A DNA stretch of 34,003 bases from Nemertoderma westbladi (taxonomy: Eukaryota > Animalia > Xenacoelomorpha). The notes below the pieces were generated by a model that was given only the letters and a program-made list of their open reading frames with translations, was not told the DNA's origin and did no database searches. Shown here piece by piece: positions 1-10,857 of this stretch. The stretch spans positions 1 through 34,003 of the forward strand of contig JAUCBJ010006936.1 in assembly GCA_032718475.1 (NCBI GenBank), read 5' to 3'. The translations under genes and the position numbers were made by a program. Positions within the stretch are counted from its first letter, which is position 1, and every line of letters begins with the position of its first letter.

Positions 1-57
1 CTAGTATTCACTCCTTTGTTGTTGTTGTATTTCCAGTTAGGTTTTAGAAATGAGGCT

Positions 58-135
58 CCAAACCTCGCAGTTGTGGAGCGTTTGACTTTGAATCTATAGG
101 TACCGAGTTCAATCCCACTTTCCGGTGAATTTTTT
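58..135 (+). pseudogene. tRNA-Gln(TTG)-like relic / tRNA-derived SINE head
   Basis: GACTTTGAATC anticodon-loop-like sequence, CCGAGTTCAATCC B-box and a following T-run. The stems do not pair properly. Confidence 0.45.
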
Positions 136-734
136 AGATAGTAAGATTGGTAGTAAGCCATTCAAGGAAGAGACAGTTCATATGCGTTAGTAGACGCGGA
201 CCTTTGGGCGATTTCGCGCATGCTAATTTGACTTTTAGATGACAGCAAAAAAAATTTATATACATATTAAAGTAAAAGTTTGAATTTATAAAGCAAATGA
301 ATATTGTTATATTAATTATTAAACTAATTAATTAATATTGAACTAATTTTCAAGAAAGTGAACAACAACCATATAGCGGTGGTAATTTAATTAAGCAAGT
401 AGAACTAGTTAATAAAAAACTGCAGACCCATTGCTGCATGCGATGAGTACCGGGGAGACAACCGCTAGCGTTCATCTCATAACAAGGGCATTCTCAGGAG
501 GACAAGCTGAGAGAAATGCCAACAGAGATACGTCACAAAGGGATAGATAAATATTAATGAAGTAAATCAGAGTGGATGAGTCGCACGTAACTATAGTAAC
601 TAACCACAGGTAAGCAGTAACATTAGCCCGGATGTTGCCGCTTCATAAATTATAAGAGGGTGTTGAACTGACACTCAGAATTTGTTATATTTCAAAATTA
701 TCTGTTTTGGTTATAAATATTATTATTATTGCAG

Positions 735-893
735 TAGAACGGTGTATAAAGACGACATCATTGAAACAGATGTTACCGAAACCGCCGTACCGGTACTTAC
801 AGACCACAATGGGAAGGACAGTGTAGATTCTTATGAGGATATCGGCCTAGAAACCGAGTCCAACCAATCAGTGGAAGTGAAAGAAAATAAAAG
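735..893 (+). CDS. SLC45: SLC45-family transporter, internal exon (central cytoplasmic loop)
   Basis: ttgcAG acceptor (733-734) and AAG|GTTATG donor. Open frame RTVYKDDIIETDV...KENK ends in phase 2, which joins in frame to the next exon (AG+G=Arg). The loop sequence itself is not diagnostic. Confidence 0.65.
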
Positions 894-1099
894 GTTATGT
901 CCAGCTTAGCATGAGTTAGTTAGCAGCATACTAATAACGGTTGGTTGTCATAAGGCCCGAGTCAGACATGAGCTTTCCCATAGGCTAGGCCTACACCATT
1001 CTGTTATAACTATCGGTAATTCTAGCCAACCGTTAGAATGGCATTATATTAATATACTTTAGTACTTTATTATTTATTCTGAATGTGCTAATATTTTAG

Positions 1100-1293
1100 G
1101 CGCAAACTAAAAGAAATTGATGAGGTTGAGTTGACCTATTCTGTTAAACTCGCTCCCAATGAGGAGACAAGCTTGCGACAGTATCTGTGGAGTATAATTC
1201 GGTTGCCATGGTGGTTGTTTATAGTCTGTCTGTCTAACTATCTCTGTTGGGTCAGCATAATGAGTTACATGATATTCTTTACAGACTTTGTTG
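1100..1293 (+). CDS. SLC45: SLC45-family transporter, internal exon (not in the ORF track)
   Basis: ttttAG|G acceptor and G|GTAAGC donor. Translates RKLKEIDEVELTYSVKLAPNEETSLRQYLWSIIRLPWWLFIVCLSNYLCWVSIMSYMIFFTDFVG. The FFTDFxG motif is typical of SLC45/SUT transporters. Confidence 0.88.
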
Positions 1294-1311
1294 GTAAGCA
1301 ACCCTAACTAA

Positions 1312-1376
1312 TAGCAACCGTAGCTAACAGCAACCGTAACCACAGCAACCGTAACGAACACTAACAGCAACCGAAA
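1312..1376. repeat. short degenerate tandem repeat (AGCAACCGTAAC core)
   Basis: Four copies of AGCAACCG just downstream of the 1294 donor. Confidence 0.6.
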
Positions 1377-1619
1377 CATTTAATATTTAGCAGTTTCAAT
1401 GTGTATATTTGTTGTTATAGGCCTATACATTTTATACACAGGAGGTTTGAAAAAACAACTTGACTTTTTCAATGGATTTAATAATAATGGGTTTTCTTAA
1501 GGGAACCAATTAAACTGTTTCTCTCCCTCTAAAAAATATGTTATTGCTTTACCGTGATAAATGAGTTGATAGTTTCACATTATTATAATTATGATAATAC
1601 AACATTGTATATATATACT

Positions 1620-1810
1620 GTATACACTGCCCTTTCATTGTGTAGCAAGTGGTTATAGAGGGAGGACGACGTAAATTGCGGACATACAAAGTATCAGGTA
1701 GTATTTCTAGGTCTACCTTTAACCTGAGAAGCTAAATGAATGGTTAGAGCGCCAGAGTTCCAACCTGAAGGTCACCAGTTCGATCCACCCTGGACGTCAT
1801 TGCAGACTAT
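1620..1810 (+). mobile_element. tRNA-derived SINE copy (internally deleted), same family as 14019-14332
   Basis: Aligns with the reverse complement of 14085-14330 (TATACACT.CCCTTTCATTG, GGACATACAA.GTATCAG.TAGTATTTCTAGGTCTA, AATGGTTAGA, CCAGTTCGATCC, CTGGACGTCATTGC). Confidence 0.75.
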
Positions 1811-1840
1811 TGCTAATATTGTACATTAATTCACTGTTAG

Positions 1841-1993
1841 GTGAATCGATATACAAAGGAAATCCGACGGGAACTATTGAGGAGAAGGCCTTGTACAACG
1901 TGGGAGTTCGTAGAGGTTGTTGGGGATTAGCTATATGGTGTATAGCTAGTTCTTTTATAAGTTCAATGTATGCGAGTATATTGTCTCGTTTCG
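1841..1993 (+). CDS. SLC45: SLC45-family transporter, internal exon
   Basis: gttAG acceptor, G|GTGAGT donor, phase 1/1. GESIYKGNP...ALYNVGVRRGCWGLAI matches the SLC45 pattern 'G+.+Y.GDP....Y..GVR.G.WGL'. Confidence 0.9.
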
Positions 1994-2182
1994 GTGAGTT
2001 GTAATTCATTAACATTCATATATATATCTACATGCTGTATTGAGAATACTACGACGGATTGGTAAGTTAAAGATCACCCCGCCCACTCCCCCCTATATTG
2101 TCAAAAAATTAGGCCGCCTCAATTTATTATCTCCCGTGACTGAGATTATCTAATATATTTCAATCACTTGTGTTGTATATAG

Positions 2183-2358
2183 GATCCAAACGTACGTACA
2201 TCTTCGGGATGCTTATCAACACATTCGGGGCTATAGTCCAGGGTTTCGCTAACAACTTCGCTATCTCCATGTTCCTCAGCTGTCTTGGGGGTTTACTCTA
2301 CACCTCAACGTTTGTCATTCCCTTCAATATCGTCGCTACATATCACTCTCACGGATTG
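2183..2358 (+). CDS. SLC45: SLC45-family transporter, internal exon
   Basis: tatAG acceptor, TTG|GTTAGT donor, phase 1/0. Hydrophobic TM segments ...GLLYTSTFVIPFNIVATYH resemble the SLC45 'T.P+.L+..YH' motif. Confidence 0.88.
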
Positions 2359-3075
2359 GTTAGTGATTACTTTATAGGACTGTCACGGATTGGTTAGTGT
2401 TTACTTTATAGGACTGTCACGGATTGGTTAGTGTTTACTTTATACGACTGTCATGGATTTGTTAGTGTTTACTTTATACGTCTCTCACAGATTAGTTAGT
2501 TTACTTTATGCGACACCCACGGATTGATTAGTGTTTACTTTATACGACTCTTATGGATTGGTTAGTCAGTACTTTATACGACTCTCGCGGGATGTTTAGT
2601 GTTTACTTTTTACGACAGTCACGGATTGGTTAGTGTTTAGTTTATATAATAGTCACAGATTGTTTAGTTCCCTTTACGTGATTCTCACGGATTCTTTAGT
2701 TTACTTTATGCGCCACCCACGGATTGGTTAGTGTTTACTTTATACGACTCTTATGGATTGGTTAGTCAGTACTTTATACGACTCTCGCGGGATGTTTAGT
2801 GTTTACTTTTTACGACAGTCACGGATTGGTTAGTGTTTAGTTTATATAATAGTCACAGATTGTTTAGTTCCCTTTACGTGATTCTCACGGATTCTTTAGT
2901 TTACTTTATGCGCCACCCACGGATTGGTTAGTGTTTACTGTATACGTCTCTCATGTATTGGTTAGTATTAACTTTACACGACATTCATGGCTTGGTTATT
3001 TTTTACTTTATGCGACTCACTCGGATTGCTTAATTTATACTTTATAGGACTCTCACATATTGGACAGTATACTTT
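2345..3075. repeat. 34-bp minisatellite starting across the SLC45 exon/intron junction, with a 200-bp higher-order repeat
   Basis: Unit is about CACGGATTGGTTAGTGTTTACTTTATACGACTCT, roughly 21 copies by span, decaying distally. The CACCCAC landmark recurs at 2514, 2714 and 2914. Confidence 0.92.
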
Positions 3076-3276
3076 ACATTACTGTCATTTATTGTGGCTA
3101 ATTTACTTTGTATCACTAATGGTTGTTCTTGATATTTTACTTATTGTTATTTTAATTAATTTTATATTACAGATTAGTAATCCTTTGTTTGGAGTCTAAC
3201 TCAATAATATAGAACGTAAATATGAGATATCTACAGTTCGCACCAGTTAATTGTGGATGGTTTTTTTTTGTTTTAG

Positions 3277-3537
3277 GGTGGGTCCCAGGCGGGGGGTAAA
3301 CGAATAGCCCCCCGCGGTCTGGGAACCGATGTTGGCATAGTAACCAGTATGATGTTTGTAGCCCAGTTCACGCTCAGCCTGTTTATGGGTTCCATAGTGG
3401 AGGCGGTTGGCACCACTAGCGCCACCATGTTTACCAGCGGAATATTCAGTGGCTTAGCAGCGATAATAGCGACGAGGATAGACTACCTAGATGATTACTC
3501 CGCCAATAGCAAAGATGGCTTCCAGTTAATGGCTTAA
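3277..3537 (+). CDS. SLC45: SLC45-family transporter, terminal coding exon
   Basis: T-rich tract and AG at 3275-3276, phase 0. GGSQAGGKRIAPRGLGTDVGIVTSMMFVAQFTLSLFMGSIV contains the SLC45 'RG.G.D....S....AQ' motif. Stop TAA at 3535-3537, overlapped by AATAAA (3537-3542). Confidence 0.9.
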   Translation, partial: GGSQAGGKRIAPRGLGTDVGIVTSMMFVAQFTLSLFMGSIVEAVGTTSATMFTSGIFSGLAAIIATRIDYLDDYSANSKDGFQLMA

Positions 3538-4074
3538 ATAAATATTAAAATGTTATTAAAATTTCCAGTTTAGAATTTAAATTTAATTTCAAACAATCTG
3601 TTACTAACTGTAGAAAATCACCATGTCCAGTAAGAGTGAAGAAACACATTTAGTAAAGGGTGTTTTTCATAAAAACTAAATAATTATTGAATAACTACGT
3701 AAACAAACACTGCCGTGTTAATGCAAAAACACCTCATCTCAAAAATATCGAAATACTGCAAATAATACAATAAGGTAATTTATAGTTTTTGGTACCACCA
3801 ACTCAAATCCGAAAATCAGATATCGGCATATATTCCTACGAACCGATTACTGAATTAAATGTTCGTTGTTGTTGGATGTGGATAAATTTCGTACAAAAGT
3901 CCTCAAGATTGAAGTTCCTGACATTCTTATAAGAAAAGTTTAAAAAGTTTAAAAATTTTCTTGTTTCGGCTGGAAGGGGCGTGACGACGTAACAGACACT
4001 GCCACCAACATATTATGTGGGGCGAGCCACGCAGTCAGGGCAAACCTTAGCGCACAATTATAATTAGTAAATAG

Positions 4075-4260
4075 GGCAAAGTTTCATGTCCGTATGACTG
4101 TCTGTCTGTCCGTCTTTCTGTCCTTCTGTAATGAAAAATTCATTCGTAAATAACTTTTTGAAGATTTTAACCATTGTCAACCAAATTTAGTATGGACATA
4201 CTAGAGAAAAAGTTCCAATACTTTTGAAAGTTACGGGCAAATACCGAACTTTTGACTCCA
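4075..4260 (+). mobile_element. possible HINE/DINE-1-like non-autonomous Helentron relic
   Basis: (CTGT/CCGT)n microsatellite followed by GATTTTAACC...ACCAAATTTAGTATG, an architecture resembling HINEs. Termini are not resolved. Confidence 0.35.
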
Positions 4261-5544
4261 GATCAAATCGAACTTGTTTCGAGTTCACGTGCTGCGCGAC
4301 GCCCCACGAACGTGTTTTTCCTTCAAATAAATTAGGTTAGGTATGTAATGCTAAGCAGCTTTATTCAAATAGCCCCAAAAGTGTTTCTATGACAACTGCA
4401 TAATTCCAAACTTATGATAAAGTTTATACCAAAAACTATAATTTCAATTGTTTTGGTTTATTTGAAAATGAAATTTAAGTATAAATAGCAAACACTGCTG
4501 TACGATCATAGTGTTGTTGTACCTAAATTTAATTTAGCGAACTAAATTATTTGACATGATATATAATTTTAAGAAACTTTTATAAAATAAAAATTGTTAA
4601 ATATAAATTGTGTGTTTCAGGTATTCATGTTACGGTCTATTTATAGTAACTGTGTTACAGTAGCTGATGATGTATGTAGTCAGAGTAAATTGTGGTTAAG
4701 ATTATAATAATATAGTTAGTTAGTTACAAACATAATGATAACTTTTATAGTGAATGATAATTCTTGAATATATTCCGATATTAAATACGGAGGTTCGGTA
4801 AAGTAAAGGAGTTTATATAATCGCATTATATTATTCATACAGATAAATTGTACTTTATCATTCATTGCTAAACCAAATAGCACAAAAAACGCGCGTACAT
4901 ATTCCAAGTCACGTATTTACTCAAATTATAAAACCCGGGCGTTAAAATGGGGGCGAGAGTGAGAGGGGTCTCATTCGAGGCAGATACTGTTAATTTTCGA
5001 AGGGGGGGGGGGGGGGGGGGGGGGGGGGGTGTTGTATTTTATTAAGTACACTTAAAAACAAAAAAAAAACAATTTAAGTTCTATTATAGACCAGACATTC
5101 TGAACTAAAATGGAAATTGTTTGCAATATTGCAATAGTTCAATTATTTATCGAGACATTTTACTTTATATTTTGTTTACTGCAGGTAGATAATGAAAAAA
5201 AGGAAATAACCCCTGGTGAGAACAAAAAATATATTTGATATCTACTTACAGAATTTAATTCAGCCACACAAGTTCACTTTTTATTCACTTACACTATACT
5301 TTTTCTTTAATTTCGTCTCGAGTGGAATATTTGGCTCCTAACTAACAAAAGTTTTGTAAAATATTTTCCATTTTAGATTCAATTAGTCTAGAATAAAAAA
5401 TGAATAAATTATTATTCCCAACCCGAATTTACGAATAAGCAGTCTTTAGCACAATGTGTTCGCATCTATTGATAGGGAGACTACGCAACAAACCAAACAA
5501 AACAGTACCGCAGTGTATCAATCACACTACATTTAGAACAAGTG

Positions 5545-6850
5545 TAGCACCTCAATCTCAATTATGCTTAGTATGTGGGGTGTTAGCACCTCAATCACAC
5601 TTAGTACGAGGGGTGTTAGCACCTCAAATACACTTAGTACGAGGGGTGTCAGCATCTCAATCACACTTACTACGAGGGGTGTCAGCACCTCAATCACACT
5701 TAGTACGAGGGGTGTCAGCATCTCAATCACACTTAGTACGAAGGGTGTTAGCACCTCAATCACACTTAGTACGAGGGGTGTTAGCATCTCAATCACACTT
5801 AGTACGAGGGGTGTTAGCACCTCAATCACACTTAGCACGAGGGGTGTCAGCACCTCAATCACACTTAGTACGAGGGGTGTTAGCACCTCAATCACACTTA
5901 GTACGAGGGGTGTTAGCATCTCAATCACACTTAGTACGAGGGGTGTTAGCACCTCAATCACACTTAGCACGAGGGGTGTCAGCACCTCAATCACACTTAG
6001 TACGAGGGGTGTTAGCATCTCAATCACACTTAGTACGAGGGGCGTTAGCATCTCAATCACACTTAGTACGAGGGGTGTTAGTACCTCAATCACACTTAGT
6101 AGGAGGGGTGTTAGCACCTCAATTACACTTAGTACGAGGGGTGTCAGCACCTCAATCACACTTAGTACGAGGGGTGTTAGCACCTCAATTACACTTAGTA
6201 CGAGGGGTGTCAGCACATCAGTCACACTTTGTAGGAGGGGTGTTAGCACCTCAATCACACTTAGTACGAGGGGTGTTAGCACCTCAATCACACTTAGTAG
6301 GAGGGGTGTTAGCACCTCAATCACACTTAGTAGGAGGGGTGTCAGCACCTCAATCACACTTAGTACGAGGGGTGTTAGTACCTCAATCACACTTAGTAGG
6401 AGGGATGTTAGCACCTCAATTACACTTAGTACGAGGGGTGTCAGCACATCAGTCACACTTAGTAGGAGGGGTGTTAGCACCTCAATCACACTTAGTACGA
6501 GGGGTGTTAGCACCTCAAATCACACTTAGCACGAGGGGTGTCAGCACCTCAATCACACTTAGTACGAGGGGTGTTAGCATCTCAATCACACTTAGTACGA
6601 GGGGTGTTAGCACCTCAATCACACTTAGTAGGAGGGGTGTTAGCACCTCAATCACACTTAGTAGAAGGGGGTGTCAGCACCTCAATCACACTTAGTGAGA
6701 GGGGGTGTCAGCACCTCAATCACACTTAGTAGGAGGGTGTGTTAGCACCTCAATCACACTTAGTAGGAGGGGGTGTCAGCACCTCAATCACACTTAGTGA
6801 GAGGGGGTGTCAACACCTCAATCACACTTAGTAGGAGGGGGTGTCAGCAC
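5545..6850. repeat. 33-bp (distal) / 34-bp (proximal) minisatellite overlapping the NFX1 stop codon and 3' UTR
   Basis: Unit GCACCTCAATCACACTTAGTACGAGGGGTGTTA, roughly 39 copies by span and highly homogeneous. The unit nearest the gene supplies codons VLTPPPTKCD-stop. Confidence 0.97.
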
Positions 6851-7927
6851 ACGAAGTTGCAACCGAGTAGAATCCGAGGGTCTCCTATAGACTCCTTTAT
6901 TAGCGACAGTAAGTAGACTCTCGGTCGGGAGTTTGGACTTCCCCTTTACCGCGGTGACCCGAACGTTCCGATTGGGCTCCTTATCGAAACTCAACGACTC
7001 CACCGCGTAGTAATCGGAGAGTTGGTGGATGACCTCGCGATGTCGTTTATTCATCGGGGCGAACGAGTGATGTTTCTTGGAATGCGCCGTTAGATTGACC
7101 TGATGGACGAGGTGGACGAAAACTTTCTCTAGACTTTCCACGAACGTTGGATTGTTTTTGGCTTGCTGTACGAGGTACTGGGTGTAGATAGTTGGGATGG
7201 AGGAACCGAACTCGGGGTTATCGATCTTTAACGCTTCCGCGAGTCGTTTATTACGCTGGATTTTGGCGCATTCGTCGTCGCATTCAACCAAACCGGAATC
7301 GTTGGTGAATTTATTTTCTGACGAAAGAACTGCCTTATAGGCGGATATGACGTCACTGCAGGGGAATTGCTGGGATAGACGGCCGCAAGGACAGGTCGCT
7401 GTGGTCAGACTGGAGCAGTGCCGGTCCTCGGGGCAGGGCGACTTTGCGCCGTGGCACTCCGCCACGCACGGATGGCCGCACACCTCCTTGACGCGGCCGC
7501 ACTGCCGTCGACAGGCTGTCGCGTCGCCGCAATCCCCTTTGTGGCAACTCCGTTCGCAGCGGTGCGCGTCGCACGGCAGCGGTTTGTCGCAGCGCCGGCC
7601 GCACAGAACGTCCGCCGTGTGGCACGGGATGTTGTGCCGGAGTTCGTGGCCGCCCACGCACCGCCGGGAAACCAATTCGGGACAGGGGGGACACTCCGAC
7701 TCGGGGTGGCACGGGTGGCGCGAAGGGTGCTCGCAACGGCGCGCCCTGTGGCACGGCTGGTCGCACTGCGGCGGCGCTGTGCCGCACGCCACCGGTGGCT
7801 CAATGACTGCGCCACCACAGTGGCATGTCAACTCCTCGAAACTCGCCTGCAGGCAGGGGTGGCACTTGGAGGCGTGGCAGAGTCGATCGCAGCGGTGGAC
7901 GCCGCAGTTCAGTTTGCGGTCGCAGAC
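6818..7927 (-). CDS. NFX1: NFX1 terminal coding exon: NF-X1 zinc fingers plus R3H domain
   Basis: Acceptor atttAG at 7929-7928 gives VCDRKLNCGVHRC... Also ECDDECAKIQRNKRLAEAL and the R3H region HSFAPMNKRHREVIHQLSDYYAVESLSFDKEPNRNV. TGA at 6820-6818. The three exons total 2628 nt (875 aa plus stop). Confidence 0.93.
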   Translation of the reverse strand, partial: VCDRKLNCGVHRCDRLCHASKCHPCLQASFEELTCHCGGAVIEPPVACGTAPPQCDQPCHRARRCEHPSRHPCHPESECPPCPELVSRRCVGGHELRHNIPCHTADVLCGRRCDKPLPCDAHRCERSCHKGDCGDATACRRQCGRVKEVCGHPCVAECHGAKSPCPEDRHCSSLTTATCPCGRLSQQFPCSDVISAYKAVLSSENKFTNDSGLVECDDECAKIQRNKRLAEALKIDNPEFGSSIPTIYTQYLVQQAKNNPTFVESLEKVFVHLVHQVNLTAHSKKHHSFAPMNKRHREVIHQLSDYYAVESLSFDKEPNRNVRVTAVKGKSKLPTESLLTVANKGVYRRPSDSTRLQLRVLTPPPTKCD

Positions 7928-8569
7928 CTAAATAAAACGACAAATTAATGAAGTCGGTGGGATTGAGGAGAAAAATAAAAAGGGAAATTAGTTTATTGTT
8001 TTGAAGTAAAAGATTAGAGGAAAGTTAATAAATTATTAAATATTTATTTAATTATTCAAGGAAGTTAAGTAAACTTATAATCAGTACTAAATTTGCTTGT
8101 GTCGGTCGGTGATTATAAAATTTTTCCATAAAAAGACATTGAAAACCAGCTTTTTTTAACCAGACTAAAGAGACTCAATCTTTTCATAAAGCGTTTTCAC
8201 TGGGGATTGATCAACTCCCGTTGACGTGTTTCACTGCTTCGTGCTTACATTGTTCTAACATTCGTTACAATGATTACCAATTTCGATAGAGGCCAAATAG
8301 ATAATATACAGTATTTGGTGAAGGATAACTAATTTCGCGGAAGAAAACATTGATTTGGCGTAAATAAATACATTAGAATATAATATAAACACAGAGGATG
8401 TGGCGAATAGACGCATCCGCACCCGTGATATACGCAGCGGGTGGATGTCATGTTTACAGGAGAACAAATTTCCGGACTAAAATTAACTAATTAAGTAGCG
8501 AGGCAGATCGGAAACACCACCAGAGGCGGGCGGTCTACAGAACGTGGGAATTAAACAGAAATTAGTTTT

Positions 8570-9450
8570 AACAAAAATGCAGTTCAAACGGGTTTAAATG
8601 TTCTTGAAGATTGGTGTCGTAGTAGTGATGATATGGAAGTGAACCTGATAAAAACAAAAATGTTAAAATTTAGAAGAAGGGGACGAAATAAATTAAATGA
8701 TATATTTTATTAAAATGGTCAACCGGTAATAAACTGCAACTGTTATGAATATCTTGGAATTATAATGAAACCGTCCTTAATATTTACACAACTTACAAAT
8801 AAGAAGAAAAATACGATTTATGGTTTAATTTGCGCTCTTAAAAAGTTACATCTGAGTGAAAACACAGAAAAGTTGCCTAAAAGCTCCTTAAATGTTGAAC
8901 AATGTATAATTCCACTTCTACTAATCGAAATCTAATGTTCGATAACTCAGGTATAAAATTATTTCGATTAAAAGTTCAACCAATGGTTCTATATGCACTA
9001 CCAGTATATTTGCTCGCTTTCTAAAGGCTCTGCACATGAAACGGCTGCTTGGCGTACACATATCTGCATCCTCGACTTTAGTTAATCATTTACTCGATAA
9101 AAATACATTTACTGAAGATATAAATGTAAAACACCCAAATCTTCTATCTGAGACCGAACTGAACAAGTACAAAGAATTCGGACGCCTCCGCATGGAGAAT
9201 TATGAGAAGGAGGGATATATAAATGGTCCTGGATTCAGCTGCTCTTCTTGGAAATTATGCAATCAGAGGAATCGATCAGCTATTATGCGAGCAACCGTCC
9301 ATGGCTTTCATCATAAAATCTACAGAACATTAAAACCATTCCACGATATCTTTGAAGACTGTATATGTAAATTTTATGGAGATTATTATCCCTATAGATA
9401 CCAGATGCCATACAGTGTATGAATACATTGTCCAAAATTAAGTGAACTAG
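8570..9450 (+). pseudogene. degenerate non-LTR retrotransposon (LINE) RT C-terminal fragment in NFX1 intron 2, antisense to the gene
   Basis: Translation from 8570: NKNAVQTGLNVLEDWC...MEVNLIKTKMLKFRRRG...FY*NGQPV...YEYLGI, the classic RT thumb motifs, with an in-frame stop. Later KRLLGVHISASSTLV. Confidence 0.8.
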
Positions 9451-9937
9451 CCTCCGAAATATAGTTCAAAGTAATTGCAGTTTGTTCTGAGTTCCTTCTA
9501 TTATCTTTTCCCTATATTGTGCTATTTAATGTTATTGATTAAATTTTCTCCGCTTGGAGTGTAAAGAGAAAAAAAAAATATACTCAAACATATAGTATAA
9601 TATATATATATTTGAGTATTTTTTTTTTATATATTGTACATATTATATACCGGTACTCAATTGTATTCGACGCAAGAGTTACATCAACAATTTGCTTACA
9701 GTACTTGCACTTTTTATTTCCTTATGTGTAAATGTTTGTATTTATTTATATAAATATTTACAGAACGATACAATTAATTAATTACTATTATATTTATATT
9801 TTATTTATCACTATAGTATTACTATATATATATATCACTACTATTTATCACTATCACTACTAGCACTGGATACCGTTTTATTTACAGAGTTTCTAATTAA
9901 TTTTACTGTTTAATTATACATTAATGTTTTGCAAGGC

Positions 9938-9997
9938 GGCGTTTTAGAACTACAGTTCTAGAACAGTTCCAGTTCTGTTCTGTAGTTCTAGAACGCC
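9938..9997. repeat. 60-bp palindromic mini-element
   Basis: 18-bp inverted repeats GGCGTTTTAGAACTACAG and CTGTAGTTCTAGAACGCC, one mismatch. Confidence 0.7.
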
Positions 9998-10857
9998 TTA
10001 GTGATGTTTTGTGTATACGTATAGTGTGTATAAAAAGGGAAATTCAAATAATAAATAAATAAAGAAATAAATAAATCAATCAATCAACGTAGGTAGGTGG
10101 AGTTTAGTATATAATAAATAAGGAGATGCAAAACAGCTGGGTTGGGGTTGTTTAAGTAATGGTTGGAGGTTTGATTAAATTATTTAATTGTAATTATTGA
10201 ACTATTTAGTAATTAAAGTAAAACAATTCAATTCGGTAGACAAAGCGTTCCCTAGGAAAGGAACTCGAGTCAAAGATGTTTTTGTTGCCAGGTGTTTGGT
10301 CAAGCATCCAATTTAGCATCTCTAGAAAACTGTTTCAAGACGCCGATGAGCAAAATTGGAACTCATAAATGTTTATCAGTAAATTGGATGTGATACCATG
10401 GATTATTATAGTACCGGTTCCGGTATGTCTAGTAATAATATCCTGAGCCTTACTCCCACCGACGACCGGTGTCGGTATTAAAAACAGTCAACAATTGATC
10501 GAACATAGCGAAGATAATGAATTACCGATCGAGGTTTTTTCCGATGAATATTTCACTAATTTTTTTGTTAACCGTAATTTTTCACTTCTTTCATTTAGTA
10601 GTCATAGTCACTACTTAAACTTACTCGCTATGATCGTTCGTATAATATATAAACACACTGAAAATATTTATACGAAACACCAGTTAATTTACTTATTATT
10701 AATGAACATTTTCATAATAATTTAAATAATCACTGAATTAGGAAACAAATTTTGTAAATATAATATTTTAGTAATATTAAAAAATCGATCAATAATGTCA
10801 GATACATCTCAGATACCTTTTATTAAAGGAATGAATTAGTATATTAGGGTCCTTTAC

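Noticed and set aside
426-609. Additional upstream SLC45 exon ending at CAG|GTAAGC (609)
   Set aside because: The donor and phase 2 fit, but all frames from the 426 acceptor hit stops. Only a short 571-609 exon with a weak acceptor is possible, so it is not supportable.
5454-6729. Long ORFs (413, 326, 321 aa) across the 33-bp array as independent genes
   Set aside because: They are open only because the 33-bp unit lacks stops in several frames on both strands. There is no domain similarity or gene context.
5545-6850. CRISPR-like array
   Set aside because: Units are head-to-tail with no unique spacers, the context is eukaryotic, and there are no cas genes.
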